Shown here piece after piece: positions 9,614 through 20,856 of a stretch of 64,000 bases of DNA. A model generated the notes under the pieces. It saw only the letters and a program-made list of their open reading frames with translations, did no database searches and was not told the DNA's origin. Position 1 is the first letter of the stretch. Each line of letters starts with the position of its first letter. Made by a program: the position numbers and the translations under genes. This DNA comes from Alphaproteobacteria bacterium (GTDB lineage Bacteria; Pseudomonadota; Alphaproteobacteria; JBFXJJ01), in assembly GCA_050175015.1 (NCBI GenBank), contig JBFXJJ010000012.1:1-64000 (forward strand), given 5' to 3'.

Positions 9614-10933
9614 ATGTTAACCCCAAAAACTTCATATCGGGTACAAGGTTTGAACGGAGCCATAACCGTTGCAGGAGACAAATCAATCTCTCATAGATCA
9701 ATTATGTTTGGGGCTATGGCTAAGGGAGAAACCGTTGTTTCTGGTTTGCTCGAAGGTGAAGATATTCTTTCTACAATTAAATGTTTTAGGCTGTTAGGCG
9801 CTGATATTAACAGAGACCGTGATGGACTGTGGCATATCAACGGCGTTGGGGTCGGCGGTTTAAAAGAGCCTGATGATGTGCTTGATTTTGGTAATGCTGG
9901 AACAGGTGCAAGGCTTGCTATGGGAGTTTTGGCGTCCTATCCTTTTGTTAGTTTTTTAACAGGTGATGCTAGTTTAAGAAAAAGACCAATGGCAAGAGTT
10001 ATCGATCCGTTGTCAGAAATGGGAGCTGTTTTTAAGGCAAGAGAAGGTAAAAAAATGCCGCTTATGATTTCAGGTTCTTCTAATCTTAAGCCCATAACTT
10101 ATGAACTTCCTGTCGCATCGGCTCAGGTTAAGTCTGCAATTCTTTTGGCGGGGTTGAATTTATCAGGCAAGACAACTGTTATTGAGAAACTAAAAACTAG
10201 AGACCATACCGAACGTATGCTTAAAGGTTTTGGTGCTAAGATTATTTCTGAAGAGATTGAGGGCAAAAATTATATAACACTTAATGGCAGAGCAGAGCTT
10301 AAAGCTCAAAATATATTTGTTTCAGGTGATATTTCATCGGCGGCATTTCCTATTGTCGCAGGGCTTATAGTTCCAGATTCTAAAATAATAATTAAAAATG
10401 TTGGTCTTAACCCATTAAGAGCAGGCATTATTACGACGTTGTTAGAAATGCAGGCGGATTTAAAAATTGAGAATCAAAGAGAGGTTGCAGGTGAGCCTGT
10501 GGGCGATATTGTGGTGGCAACATCAGAACTTGCTGGGGTTGATATTCCTGAGGATAGAACCGCATCTATGATTGATGAATATCCTATTATCGGAGTCGCT
10601 GCTGCTTTTGCCAAAGGTAAAACCACAATGAGGGGTTTATCAGAACTAAGGGTCAAAGAAAGCGATCGTTTTACGGCGATAGTAAAAGGACTCACTGCTT
10701 GCGGAGTTAAGGTTGAAACCCAAGATGATGATATTATCATTTATGGAACGGGCGAAGCTCCTAATGGAGATGCTCAAATTATAACCAATTTAGACCACCG
10801 AATCGCAATGTCATTTCTGATTATGGGAATGGCTTCCAAAAAAGAGGTTGAAGTTGATGATGTTTCTCCCATAGCAACAAGTTTTCCAGAGTTTGAAAAT
10901 TTAATGAAACAGCTGGGAGCAAAGATTGTTTAG
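9614..10933 (+). CDS. aroA: EPSP synthase (class II)
   Basis: GDKSISHR, GNAGTGARL, ASAQVKSA, RDHTE, ELRVKESDR, DHRIAM. Confidence 0.97.
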   Translation: MLTPKTSYRVQGLNGAITVAGDKSISHRSIMFGAMAKGETVVSGLLEGEDILSTIKCFRLLGADINRDRDGLWHINGVGVGGLKEPDDVLDFGNAGTGARLAMGVLASYPFVSFLTGDASLRKRPMARVIDPLSEMGAVFKAREGKKMPLMISGSSNLKPITYELPVASAQVKSAILLAGLNLSGKTTVIEKLKTRDHTERMLKGFGAKIISEEIEGKNYITLNGRAELKAQNIFVSGDISSAAFPIVAGLIVPDSKIIIKNVGLNPLRAGIITTLLEMQADLKIENQREVAGEPVGDIVVATSELAGVDIPEDRTASMIDEYPIIGVAAAFAKGKTTMRGLSELRVKESDRFTAIVKGLTACGVKVETQDDDIIIYGTGEAPNGDAQIITNLDHRIAMSFLIMGMASKKEVEVDDVSPIATSFPEFENLMKQLGAKIV

Positions 10934-10968
10934 TAAAATATCTTAATAAAACAAAGGATTTAAGAATA

Positions 10969-11649
10969 ATGACAACATTTGATAAAAAAATAGTGGTTGC
11001 CATAGATGGACCTGCTGCTGCTGGTAAAGGAACTCTGGCTAAAAGAATAGCTAAATACTTTGGCTTATCTTTTTTAGATACGGGCAAGCTTTATCGGGCT
11101 GTCGGTTTCAATGTTTTGAATGCTGGCGGAGATCCAAGCGATTCAGAGTTTGCTGCTAAGATTGCTAATGGTCTTAAACCGTCTGATTTGTTTGCTCTTT
11201 TGAAAAGACCAGAGTTAGTAAATGAAAATGTTGGGCAGGCGGCATCTAAAGTTTCGGCTATTCCCGCTGTTCGTAAAGCGCTGCTTGATTTACAGCAAAA
11301 TTTTGCCATCAATCCGCCGCAAACAGAGGACAATCCTGAGCCTAAGGGAGCGGTTTTAGATGGCAGAGATATTGGAACCGTTATTTGTCCTAAAGCCGAT
11401 TTTAAGCTTTTTGTAACGGCATCAGTTGAAATTCGTGCCAAAAGACGATTATTAGAGTTGCAAGAACGCGGAGAAAAGGTTATAGAAGAACAGGTTCTAA
11501 AAGATATGAAGGAACGTGATGAGCGAGACTCAAAAAGAAGTGTTGCTCCTTTAGTTCCAGCAGATGATGCTCTAGTACTAGATACATCTGACTTTAATGC
11601 AGATGAAGTTTTTGCTAAAGCTGTTGCTTTTATTGAGCAAAAAAAATAA
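10969..11649 (+). CDS. cmk: Cytidylate kinase
   Basis: AIDGPAAAGKGT, LDTGKLYR, LDGRDIGTVI. Confidence 0.97.
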   Translation: MTTFDKKIVVAIDGPAAAGKGTLAKRIAKYFGLSFLDTGKLYRAVGFNVLNAGGDPSDSEFAAKIANGLKPSDLFALLKRPELVNENVGQAASKVSAIPAVRKALLDLQQNFAINPPQTEDNPEPKGAVLDGRDIGTVICPKADFKLFVTASVEIRAKRRLLELQERGEKVIEEQVLKDMKERDERDSKRSVAPLVPADDALVLDTSDFNADEVFAKAVAFIEQKK

Positions 11650-11713
11650 CAATCTTAAAGTTATAAGGGGTATGACTTATATTTTTAAGGACATTTTAAT
11701 GTAGTAATTCATA

Positions 11714-11743
11714 CAAGACCGCTGGAGAAAACCAGCTGGCAGG
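11714..11743 (+). promoter_or_regulatory. GC-rich hairpin in the rpsA 5' leader (candidate autoregulatory element)
   Basis: GCTGG-AGAAAA-CCAGC hairpin (11721-11736) within an otherwise AT-rich UTR. Confidence 0.35.
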
Positions 11744-11794
11744 GATAATAAAAATATAAAACTAAAAAAAGTTTTTTTAAGGAAAAATATACAT

Positions 11795-13522
11795 ATGAAT
11801 GAAGTTTCTTTTAACCTTCCAGAGGGAGTCCCTCCTATGGAAGATTTTGAAGCCCTTCTTAACGACAGTTTTGGTAAAGAAGGCACTTTAGAGGGTACCG
11901 TTGTTAAAGGTACTATCTTAAAAATTACCCCAGATTTTGCTTTAGTTGATGTTGGTCTAAAATCAGAAGGCAGAGTAATGCTTCGTGAGTTTGGCACAGA
12001 TGTTAAACTCAAAGAAGGCGATGAAATCGACGTTTTCGTTGACCGCTACGAAGATAGAGACGGTATGGTTGTTCTCTCAAGAGAGAAAGCTAGACGTGAA
12101 GAAGCTTGGAATGATCTTGAGAAATCATTACAGAAAGGCGAAAGAGTTACAGGAACTATTTTTGGTCGTGTTAAAGGCGGCTTTACCGTTGATTTAAGCG
12201 GTGCCGTTGCATTCCTTCCTGGTTCCCAAGTTGATGTTCGTCCAATTCGTGACATTTCTCCATTAATTGGTCAGCCACAGCCTTTCCAAATTTTAAAAAT
12301 GGACAAGATAAGAGGCAATATCGTTGTTTCAAGACGTGCTGTTCTTGAAGAAGATAGAGCTGAGCAGCGTTCAGAAATGATTAGCCAGCTTGCTGAAGGT
12401 CAGGCAGTAACAGGTATTGTTAAAAACATTACTGATTACGGTGCATTTATTGACTTGGGCGGAGTTGACGGCTTACTCCATGTTACCGATATTTCATGGC
12501 GTCGTGTTAACCACCCATCAGAAGTTCTTTCTATTGGTCAGAAAATCAACGTTCAAATCATTCGTTTCAGCCCAGACAATCAACGCATTAGTTTAGGTAT
12601 GAAGCAGCTTGAAGTTGATCCTTGGGCTGGTGTTCAAGACAAATTCACAGTTGGCGCTAAATTCAAAGGTGTTGTTACCAACATTACAGATTATGGCGCA
12701 TTCGTTGAACTTGAACCTGGAATTGAAGGCTTAGTACACGTTTCTGAAATGAGCTGGACTAAGAAAAATATCCACCCAGGAAAAATCGTTTCAACATCTC
12801 AGGAAGTTGAAGTTGTTGTGCTTGATGTTGATGCCGAAAAGAGACGTATTTCTCTCGGATTGAAACAATGCACTTCAAATCCTTGGCAGGAATTTGCTGA
12901 AAAGAATCCAGTTGGTTCTGTTATTGAAGGCGAAATTAGAAACATTACCGAATTTGGTTTGTTTATTGCTCTTTCTGATGACATTGACGGTATGGTTCAC
13001 CTTTCAGACCTCAAATGGGGTGAAAACGGTGAAGAAGCTGTTAAAGAATTCAAAAAAGGTTCTGTTGTTAAAGCTAAAGTTCTTGATATTGATACTGAAA
13101 AAGAACGTGTCAGCCTCGGAATTAAACAACTTGAAGAAGATCCTTTTGCTGGCGCTGTTGCAGAACTCAAAAAAGGTTCTGTTGTTACCTGCACAATTAA
13201 GGAAGTAACAGACAAAGGTATTGAAGTTGATGTTAATGGTACCGAAGGATTTATCAAAAAAATTGATTTATCTAGAGAAAAAGCAGAACAGCGTATGGAA
13301 CGTTTTGCTGTTGGCGAAAAACTTGATGCTCAAGTAACATCAGTTGATAAAAAGACTAGAAAACTTAATCTTTCGATTAAGGCTTTAGAATTAGCTTATG
13401 AAAAACAAGCTCTCTCAGAATTTGGTTCTACCGATTCTGGAGCTTCTCTTGGCGATATTTTAGGTCAAGCTCTTCAAGATGCTAAAGACAAAGCAGAAGC
13501 TAAGAAAAATGAAGATAAATAA
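11795..13522 (+). CDS. rpsA: 30S ribosomal protein S1
   Basis: Six S1 repeats (DVGLKSEG, ITDYGAF, GLVHVSEMSW); follows cmk. Confidence 0.98.
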   Translation: MNEVSFNLPEGVPPMEDFEALLNDSFGKEGTLEGTVVKGTILKITPDFALVDVGLKSEGRVMLREFGTDVKLKEGDEIDVFVDRYEDRDGMVVLSREKARREEAWNDLEKSLQKGERVTGTIFGRVKGGFTVDLSGAVAFLPGSQVDVRPIRDISPLIGQPQPFQILKMDKIRGNIVVSRRAVLEEDRAEQRSEMISQLAEGQAVTGIVKNITDYGAFIDLGGVDGLLHVTDISWRRVNHPSEVLSIGQKINVQIIRFSPDNQRISLGMKQLEVDPWAGVQDKFTVGAKFKGVVTNITDYGAFVELEPGIEGLVHVSEMSWTKKNIHPGKIVSTSQEVEVVVLDVDAEKRRISLGLKQCTSNPWQEFAEKNPVGSVIEGEIRNITEFGLFIALSDDIDGMVHLSDLKWGENGEEAVKEFKKGSVVKAKVLDIDTEKERVSLGIKQLEEDPFAGAVAELKKGSVVTCTIKEVTDKGIEVDVNGTEGFIKKIDLSREKAEQRMERFAVGEKLDAQVTSVDKKTRKLNLSIKALELAYEKQALSEFGSTDSGASLGDILGQALQDAKDKAEAKKNEDK

Positions 13523-13554
13523 AGAACTTTATCTTTTGTTATTCTAAATTAAAG

Positions 13555-13594
13555 AAGCCCGTATACAATACTAACTTGATACGGGCTTTTTTTT
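13555..13594 (+). terminator. Intrinsic terminator after rpsA
   Basis: AGCCCGTAT..ATACGGGCT stem followed by a T-tract. Confidence 0.85.
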
Positions 13595-13642
13595 GTTTTA
13601 AAATATGCTCTTGCAAAACAAAGTGGTAACAGGATTTATATT

Positions 13643-13921
13643 ATGACCAAATCAGAACTTATTGAAATTATAGCTCAAAAAAATCCTCATCTTAGTAATC
13701 AAGATGTTGTTCGTATTGTTTCAACAGTCTTTGAAGAAATTACAGAAGCTTTAATTGAAGGCAAAAGAGTTGAACTTCGAGGTTTCGGCGCTTTTTCTGT
13801 TAAGAAAAGAGAAGGAAGAGTGGGCAGAAATCCTAGAACCGGTAAAACGGTCAAGGTTGAACCAAAAAATGTTCCAGCATTTAAGACTGGCAAAAAACTT
13901 AGAGAATTAATAAATAATTAG
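13643..13921 (+). CDS. ihfB: Integration host factor beta
   Basis: [32 protein letters not shown]; follows rpsA. Confidence 0.95.
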   Translation: MTKSELIEIIAQKNPHLSNQDVVRIVSTVFEEITEALIEGKRVELRGFGAFSVKKREGRVGRNPRTGKTVKVEPKNVPAFKTGKKLRELINN

Positions 13922-13962
13922 TTCGTTATATTTATATAAAATTTAAGGAAAGATTACGAAAA

Positions 13963-14328
13963 GTGTTCGAAAGGATAAAACACGTGAAATTAATAACCGC
14001 AGGGCTTGGCTTAGTTATAGCTATGCTTACGATTTCCTTTGCTGTTTCTAATCGGCAGAGCGTTACGGTTTCGTTATGGCCAACTCCATTTGAAGTTACA
14101 ATGCCTTTGGTTGCATTAATTGTGGCTTTGGCCTCATTCTTTTTTATCTTAGGTTATCTATTCTCTTGGTTTCGCGGTATTCCAGATCGTCTTAAGCTAA
14201 AAAAGGAAAATAAGGCGATGAAAAAGCAAGTAGAAGACAGCGAACAGCAAGTTAAAACGCTGCAAAAAAAAGTGGAAAGCACAGAAGGCACTAAAGCGTC
14301 TAAAACTAAAACCGTGTTTTTTAAATAA
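13963..14328 (+). CDS. lapA: LapA (DUF1049)-family membrane protein
   Basis: FAVSNRQSVTVSLWP motif, two TM helices, coiled tail; position after ihfB; GTG start. Confidence 0.8.
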   Translation: MFERIKHVKLITAGLGLVIAMLTISFAVSNRQSVTVSLWPTPFEVTMPLVALIVALASFFFILGYLFSWFRGIPDRLKLKKENKAMKKQVEDSEQQVKTLQKKVESTEGTKASKTKTVFFK

Positions 14329-14355
14329 TTAAAACAAATGTAAGGATGAACAAAA

Positions 14356-15000
14356 ATGACCGCAACTGTTAAAATTTGCGGAATAAATGCTATTGATGCG
14401 GCCATAGCCTGTAATGATTATGGGGCTGATTATGTAGGGTTTGTCTTTGTTGAAAAATCTCCACGTTTTATCTCTTACGATTTTGCTAAAGAGTTATCTT
14501 GTCATTTCAATAATAAGATTTTAAAAACAGGATTATTTGTTAATCCTAGATTAAGTGATATTGAAGATGCTTTTAAGTCTATAGATTTAGATGTTATTCA
14601 ACTTCACGGAGATGAAACAGCTGAAGATGTTTTTTTGATACAGCAAAAGTTTTCCAAGCCAATAATAAAAGCTGTTTCTGTTGCAAAGTCAGAAGATATA
14701 GAAACAGCTAAAAATTTTTTTAATATTGCTGATATTATTTTATTTGATGCTAAGGCTCCTATTACAGAACAGAATCTTGGAGGCAATGGGGTAAGCTTTG
14801 AATGGTCACTGCTTAAGGATAAGATACCTCCTGAAGTTAATTGGGGGTTAGCAGGGGGGCTTAGTCCCGAAAATGTCCGAAAGGCTATAAGAACAACTGG
14901 TGCGGAATTAGTTGATGTTTCTTCTGGTGTTGAAGTAAAAAGGGGTGTAAAAGATACTTCTTTGATTGCAAGGTTTATTAGTGAAGCGAAAAATGCGTAA
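14356..15000 (+). CDS. trpF: Phosphoribosylanthranilate isomerase
   Basis: VKICGI, GFVFVEKSPR, IQLHGDE, LAGGLSPENV, VDVSSGVE. Confidence 0.96.
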   Translation: MTATVKICGINAIDAAIACNDYGADYVGFVFVEKSPRFISYDFAKELSCHFNNKILKTGLFVNPRLSDIEDAFKSIDLDVIQLHGDETAEDVFLIQQKFSKPIIKAVSVAKSEDIETAKNFFNIADIILFDAKAPITEQNLGGNGVSFEWSLLKDKIPPEVNWGLAGGLSPENVRKAIRTTGAELVDVSSGVEVKRGVKDTSLIARFISEAKNA

Positions 15001-15571
15001 AAAGTTACTTTTTCTTTTTGTAATGCTTTTTTATTCTAAAGCTGTTTGGGCTCACCCTCACGTTTTTGTGGATTCATCTGTCAACGTTATATTTGATGGT
15101 GATAATATCACCTCAATCGAGCAGACGTGGTCATTTGATGAAATGTTTAGTATGAGCATTATTGATGAATTTGATGCCGATCAAGATAAAGTTTTCAGTC
15201 CAGATGAAACGGAAAAGCTCAAAAGCGGGGCTTTTGAAAATTTAAGAAATTATAATTTCTTTAATAACATCTTTTTTGATAAGAAAAAAATTGAAAATTT
15301 AGAATACAGTGATTTTAGCGCCAAAATTAACGGTGAAAATTTAATTTACACTTTTAAAGTTAATTTAAAAGAACCTATAACCCCTAAAACGAGCAAGGTT
15401 TCAATCGGGATTTATGATACCGAATTCTTTGTTGATGTGATATATGTTGAAAAAAATCCTGTTACAATTACAGGGAATGAGGCTTGCAATTATAAAATAG
15501 ACGAAGATGGGGATAATCCTATATTTATGGGAACATTAAAACCTAAAACAATATATTTGGAGTGCCAATGA
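14993..15571 (+). CDS. DUF1007-family periplasmic protein (partner of metal transporter)
   Basis: Signal peptide ending VWA-HPHVFVD; WSFDEMFS; YDTEFFV; ATG 14993 overlaps the trpF end. Confidence 0.85.
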   Translation: MRKKLLFLFVMLFYSKAVWAHPHVFVDSSVNVIFDGDNITSIEQTWSFDEMFSMSIIDEFDADQDKVFSPDETEKLKSGAFENLRNYNFFNNIFFDKKKIENLEYSDFSAKINGENLIYTFKVNLKEPITPKTSKVSIGIYDTEFFVDVIYVEKNPVTITGNEACNYKIDEDGDNPIFMGTLKPKTIYLECQ

Positions 15572-16482
15572 AAACATTTTTGTTTAGTTTTATCATAAGC
15601 TCTTTGCTTTGGAGTATAACTCCTGCAATGGCTAGCCCTTTTGGTAATACTACGATGCCTCAAGAAACAAGTACGGTTGCTGCTAAGGCAGAAAGTCCAT
15701 CTTTTCTGACTAAAGCTTGGGTTTGGATTGTGATGCATCAAAGAGATCTCAACCAAAAAATAAAAAGCCAGATTAAACAATTAAAAGAAACTAAAAGCCC
15801 TAAAATTTTTATTTATGGACTCTTATTGTCATTTATTTATGGCGTTCTTCACGCATTAGGTCCTGGACACGGCAAACTTATAATGATTTCATACTTTTCT
15901 TCTAAAAAAAGTAAGTTATGGCACGCACCGTTAATGGCGTTTCAAATATCATTTTTTCATACTTTGTCAGCTATAGTTTTGGTTCTTTTGACAGATAAAA
16001 TAGCTAAAAGTATAGCTATTAGTATGCACCCGTCTAAAGAGCTTGTTTTAATTAAAATTGTCAGCTACACGTTGATTTTTCTTGTGGGGCTTTTTATGCT
16101 CTATCAAACATACAAAGCAAATAAAGCTTGTGGGTGCGTCTCCGGCAAGGTTTCATCAGACAACTCAAGGGCAAACTGGCTGTTGTCAGTTAGTGTTGGT
16201 TTTGTGCCTTGCACAGGTTCACTTTTGATTCTGCTGTTCACAATGTCATATGATGTGCTGATTGAAGGCATATTTTTTGTAACAGCTTTGGGACTAGGTA
16301 TCGCGGTTACTTTGTCGGCGATAGGCATATTTTGTATTGAAGGTTTTGATCTACTAATGGCGACAACAAAATTAGAAAAAAAAGCAACCTTTAGCAAAAT
16401 AATAGGCTATACTAGCTCCTCATTAATTACATTTATTGGTTCTGTTTTATTATTTTTAAGTATTAAAGATTGGTTGCAATGA
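15568..16482 (+). CDS. RcnA/HoxN-like nickel/cobalt transporter
   Basis: [29 protein letters not shown]; ATGA overlaps at both ends. Confidence 0.88.
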   Translation: MKTFLFSFIISSLLWSITPAMASPFGNTTMPQETSTVAAKAESPSFLTKAWVWIVMHQRDLNQKIKSQIKQLKETKSPKIFIYGLLLSFIYGVLHALGPGHGKLIMISYFSSKKSKLWHAPLMAFQISFFHTLSAIVLVLLTDKIAKSIAISMHPSKELVLIKIVSYTLIFLVGLFMLYQTYKANKACGCVSGKVSSDNSRANWLLSVSVGFVPCTGSLLILLFTMSYDVLIEGIFFVTALGLGIAVTLSAIGIFCIEGFDLLMATTKLEKKATFSKIIGYTSSSLITFIGSVLLFLSIKDWLQ

Positions 16483-17678
16483 AAAAAGAAATTTTCCCAG
16501 ATGAATTTGGTCGGTTTGGAATTTATGGCGGACAATATGTTGCCGAAACCCTAATGCCGATTGTTCAACAAGTATCAGAATCTTATCAGGAAGCAAGAAA
16601 AGATGCTTCTTTTATGAAAGATTTAGATTATTACTTTAGAGACTATGTAGGAAGACCAAGTCCTCTATATTTAGCAGAAAAACTTACTAAAAAAGTTGGT
16701 GGAGCTAAAATCTATTTAAAGAGAGAAGACTTAAATCATACCGGAGCTCATAAAATCAATAACTGCATTGGTCAGGCTCTGCTTGCTCGTAGAATGAATA
16801 AGCGCCGCATTATAGCAGAAACTGGCGCCGGACAACATGGTGTAGCTACCGCCACAGTTTGTGCTTTGTTTGATTTAGAGTGCATAATATATATGGGTGA
16901 GGTTGATATTATGCGCCAAAAACCTAATGTTTTCCGTATGAAACTTCTTGGCGCAGAAGTCCGTCCTGTTACCACAGGTTCGAAAACACTCAAAGATGCA
17001 ATTAACGAGGCGATGAGGGACTGGGTTGCTAATGTTGATGACACTTATTATCTTTTTGGAACCGCTGCTGGTCCGCACCCATTTCCTGAAATGGTTAGAG
17101 ATTTTCAGTCAGTTATAGGCAGAGAAGCTAGGGAGCAGTTTTTGGTGAAGGAAAAGAAACTTCCAGATGCTTTGGTTGCTTGTGTAGGCGGAGGTTCTAA
17201 TGCAATTGGATTGTTCCATCCTTTCTTAGATGATGAAAAAGTTGCAATATACGGTGTTGAAGCTGGTGGTTTAGGTATGAAAACAGACAAACACGCAGCA
17301 TCTTTAACCAAGGGCAAAGTCGGAGTTTTGCACGGTTCTAAATCGTATGTTCTGCAAGATGAAAATGGGCAGATTTTAGAAACGCATTCAATTTCTGCAG
17401 GACTTGATTATCCTGGAGTTGGCGCTGAACATTCTTATCTTAAAGATATTGGCAGAGCAAAGTATGAGACTATTAATGATGACGAAGCTCTTAGCGCCTT
17501 TTCAGCTCTTTGTGAAACAGAAGGAATTATACCTGCTTTGGAATCTTCTCATGCTGTGGCTTTTGCTATGAAACTTGCGAAAGATATGGATCCAACTAAA
17601 AGCATTATTGTTAATTTGTCAGGACGAGGCGATAAAGACTTAGAAACCGTTGCGACAATTAAAGGAGTAAAGCTATGA
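16479..17678 (+). CDS. trpB: Tryptophan synthase beta
   Basis: [49 protein letters not shown]. Confidence 0.98.
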   Translation: MKKEIFPDEFGRFGIYGGQYVAETLMPIVQQVSESYQEARKDASFMKDLDYYFRDYVGRPSPLYLAEKLTKKVGGAKIYLKREDLNHTGAHKINNCIGQALLARRMNKRRIIAETGAGQHGVATATVCALFDLECIIYMGEVDIMRQKPNVFRMKLLGAEVRPVTTGSKTLKDAINEAMRDWVANVDDTYYLFGTAAGPHPFPEMVRDFQSVIGREAREQFLVKEKKLPDALVACVGGGSNAIGLFHPFLDDEKVAIYGVEAGGLGMKTDKHAASLTKGKVGVLHGSKSYVLQDENGQILETHSISAGLDYPGVGAEHSYLKDIGRAKYETINDDEALSAFSALCETEGIIPALESSHAVAFAMKLAKDMDPTKSIIVNLSGRGDKDLETVATIKGVKL

Positions 17679-18505
17679 GTGTAAGGATAAAAAATACATT
17701 CGAAAAACTTAATGAAAAAAACAAGAGCGCTTTTATTAGTTTTATAGCTGCGGGAGATCCTAGTTTTGAAACATCTTTAGAAGTTTTAAAGCTGTTACCG
17801 CAAAGTGGAGTTGATATTATTGAACTAGGTATCCCTTTTTCAGATTCTATGGCTGATGGAGCTATAATCCAACAAGCTTCTCAAAGAGCCTTAAAACAAG
17901 GGATTACTCCAGCCCATGTCTTTGATATGGTAAAAGAATTTCGCAAGGGAAATGACCACACACCTATTATATTAATGGGATATTATAATCCAATTTTAGC
18001 TATGGGGTTAAAGAACTTTGCTGAAAAAGCTAAAGAAGCTGGAGTTGATGGTGCTTTGGTTGTTGACTTGCCTCCAGAAGAGGCTGATGAATTGAAGACA
18101 GAACTTGACAGCAATGATATTGATTTGATTTTCTTAATGGCTCCAACAACCAATGATAAGAGACTTAAAACAATCTTAAAAAAAGCAAAGGGTTTCCTTT
18201 ATTATGTTGCAATAACAGGTGTTACAGGAACTAAGCTTGCTAAAGATGATGAGGTTAAGTTTGCAATTGATATTATTAAGAAAAAAACAGAACTTCCAAT
18301 TGTAACAGGCTTTGGAATTAAAACTCCAGAAATGGCTGGACGCATTGCTAAAATTGCTGACGGTGTTGTCGTTGGTACCGCTATTGTGGAGAAAATAGAT
18401 GCGGAAGTTCAAAATCACGATAATCATCAAAAAGTTATAGATAATGCTTTAGCTTTTGTTTCTGAGCTTGCAAATTCAGTAAAAAATAACGATAATCCAA
18501 AATAA
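17675..18505 (+). CDS. trpA: Tryptophan synthase alpha
   Basis: [37 protein letters not shown]. Confidence 0.97.
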   Translation: MSVRIKNTFEKLNEKNKSAFISFIAAGDPSFETSLEVLKLLPQSGVDIIELGIPFSDSMADGAIIQQASQRALKQGITPAHVFDMVKEFRKGNDHTPIILMGYYNPILAMGLKNFAEKAKEAGVDGALVVDLPPEEADELKTELDSNDIDLIFLMAPTTNDKRLKTILKKAKGFLYYVAITGVTGTKLAKDDEVKFAIDIIKKKTELPIVTGFGIKTPEMAGRIAKIADGVVVGTAIVEKIDAEVQNHDNHQKVIDNALAFVSELANSVKNNDNPK

Positions 18506-18531
18506 TATAAATTTAAAAAAGAGGATTTTAT

Positions 18532-19425
18532 ATGAACTGGCTTAGCAATTACGTTAGACCTAAAATACAAGGAATTGTGAAACAAAAAGATATTCCTGAC
18601 CATTTGTGGACTAAGTGTCCCGGCTGTGGGGCAATGCTTTTTGCAAAAGAATTAGAACAAAATAATATGATTTGTCATCACTGTGAATATCATATGCGTT
18701 TAGGTTCTAAAAAAAGATTAGAGTTGTTATTTGACAACGGTGAATATAATAGAGCTGAAGTTCCAGAGGTTATCAGCGATCCTCTTAAATTTAAAGACAT
18801 AAAGAAATATGCCGATAGAATAAAAGATGCTCGTAAAAAAACGAGTGAAAAAGATGCTATTATTGTGGCTTATGGCACTATGGGCAAAATTCCAGTTGTT
18901 GCGGCTGTTTTTGATTTTAACTTTATGGGTGGTTCAATGGGAGCTGCTGTTGGCGAAGGTATTGTAACTGCCGCAGAATTGGCTGTAACCCAAGAAGCAC
19001 CGTTGATTATTTTCCCATCATCTGGGGGCGCCAGAATGCAGGAAGGCATTGTCTCCTTAATGCAAATGGCAAGAACAACTATTGCAGTTGATAAAGTTAA
19101 AGAAAAAGGACTTCCTTTTATTAATGTTTTAACTGATCCTACAACAGGTGGCGTTACGGCGTCTTTTGCTATGTTGGGCGATATTCACATCGCAGAACCC
19201 GGTTCTATTATTGGTTTTGCTGGTGCCAGAGTGATTGAACAGACTATTCGTGAGACGCTTCCTAATGGCTTCCAAAGAGCTGAATACCTGTTAGAACATG
19301 GTATGGTTGATATGGTTGTTCACCGTAATAATCTTAGAGAAACCATAATTAAGGTTATTGGTATTTTGAAAAATACCAAAGAAGAACCATCATTTTTGCC
19401 AGCATCGTCTTCTAGGAAAAAATAA
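18532..19425 (+). CDS. accD: Acetyl-CoA carboxylase carboxyltransferase beta
   Basis: Zn finger CPGC..CHHC, FMGGSMG, SGGARMQEG, PTTGGVTAS. Confidence 0.97.
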   Translation: MNWLSNYVRPKIQGIVKQKDIPDHLWTKCPGCGAMLFAKELEQNNMICHHCEYHMRLGSKKRLELLFDNGEYNRAEVPEVISDPLKFKDIKKYADRIKDARKKTSEKDAIIVAYGTMGKIPVVAAVFDFNFMGGSMGAAVGEGIVTAAELAVTQEAPLIIFPSSGGARMQEGIVSLMQMARTTIAVDKVKEKGLPFINVLTDPTTGGVTASFAMLGDIHIAEPGSIIGFAGARVIEQTIRETLPNGFQRAEYLLEHGMVDMVVHRNNLRETIIKVIGILKNTKEEPSFLPASSSRKK

Positions 19426-20724
19426 TTGGCGACAACAGATGAAGTTTTAAAACGTTTTGCAAAGCTTCACCCAAAAGTCATAGATATTTCCTTAATCAGG
19501 ATTTTAAAACTTTTAGAAAAGCTGGGTTGTCCTCAAAATAAGCTGCCGCCAGTGGTTCACGTTGCGGGAACTAATGGTAAAGGCTCAACTATTGCCTTTT
19601 TGCGTTATATTTTAGAAGCATCAGGTCTTAAGGTTCATACCTATACGTCGCCTCATTTGGTTAGGTTTAATGAAAGAATTAGGCTGGCAGGAAAACTCAT
19701 TGCGGAAGACAAACTTTTAAACATTTTAGAAGATGTTGAAAAAGTTAATAAAGACGAGCCTATAACTCTGTTCGAAATCACAACCGCGGTTGCTATGAAA
19801 GCATTTGCCGCAGAAGAAGCCGATGTTTTGTTGCTAGAGACAGGTCTTGGCGGCAGGTTTGATGCGACTAATGTTATTGTTAATCCTATAGTATCAATTT
19901 TGACGCCGATTTCTATGGATCACGAAAACTTTTTGGGTGACAGTTTAGAAAAGATTGCAGGGGAAAAAATCCCCATAATAAAACCTAGGTCGAGAGCTGT
20001 TGTTGGTAAACAAAAAAGTATTGTTAATGAATTGATTTTGGAACATTGCAAGGACGTTGATTCCCCAGTCTTTAGATGTGGTTATGAATGGCGTTATGAG
20101 ATAGAAGACGAGGGTTTTATCTTCTTCTCCAAAGACAGAAAAAGCGTTTTTCCTAAGCCCAATTTAGAAGGAGATCATCAGATTCACAACGCTTCAGTTG
20201 CGATTGCAGCTTTAGAAGTTATGGGAAAAGTTGACAGGAAATTTAAAATTGATGATCAAATTATAGCAAACGCTATTAGCAAAACAGCTTGGCCTGCAAG
20301 GCTGCAACTTATTAAGCAAGGACGGCTAAAAGAAGGTCTTAGCGAGCGTACTAATTTATGGTTAGATGGAGGGCATAATCCCGGTGCTGGTGAAGTTCTT
20401 AGTGAATTCTGGCAAGGAAAAGATGTCTATGTCATAATGGCAATGCTTAGAACCAAAGATGCGACAGGCTTTTTAAGTTCAATCATAGAGTTCGCTAAAA
20501 AAATTTTTGTAACTGAAATTCCAGATAATGAAAACAGTTTTTCATCTTTAGAACTTGTAGAAAAAACAAAGTCTTTAGGATTTAATAACGTTTTTTCCTG
20601 TGCTGATATAAAAGAAGCTTTGGCTTGCTGTCATAAAGAAAAAGAGCCACAGCATATCTTAATCTGCGGCTCTTTGTACTTGTCTGGAAAAGCCCTAGAA
20701 GAAAATGGAACTTTTCCAGAGTAG
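19426..20724 (+). CDS. folC: Folylpolyglutamate/dihydrofolate synthase
   Basis: HVAGTNGKGS, YTSPHL, ETGLGGRFDATN, LDGGHN, CGSLYL; TTG start. Confidence 0.96.
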   Translation: MATTDEVLKRFAKLHPKVIDISLIRILKLLEKLGCPQNKLPPVVHVAGTNGKGSTIAFLRYILEASGLKVHTYTSPHLVRFNERIRLAGKLIAEDKLLNILEDVEKVNKDEPITLFEITTAVAMKAFAAEEADVLLLETGLGGRFDATNVIVNPIVSILTPISMDHENFLGDSLEKIAGEKIPIIKPRSRAVVGKQKSIVNELILEHCKDVDSPVFRCGYEWRYEIEDEGFIFFSKDRKSVFPKPNLEGDHQIHNASVAIAALEVMGKVDRKFKIDDQIIANAISKTAWPARLQLIKQGRLKEGLSERTNLWLDGGHNPGAGEVLSEFWQGKDVYVIMAMLRTKDATGFLSSIIEFAKKIFVTEIPDNENSFSSLELVEKTKSLGFNNVFSCADIKEALACCHKEKEPQHILICGSLYLSGKALEENGTFPE

Positions 20725-20856
20725 TTAGAGTAATCTATTTTTTAGATTATTTAAGAAAGTTTAGATTTCTTATACTTCTCCGTTATAACAAGGGGGGAAA
20801 GGGGTATGTTTTTTACGAAGAAATAATGAGTACCTTGAACAATCTTAATGTTTTCT

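Noticed and set aside
13600-13611. AAAATATGCTCT resembling the MITE end
   Set aside because: Lacks the terminal A and sits where an ihfB -10 element (TATGCT) could be
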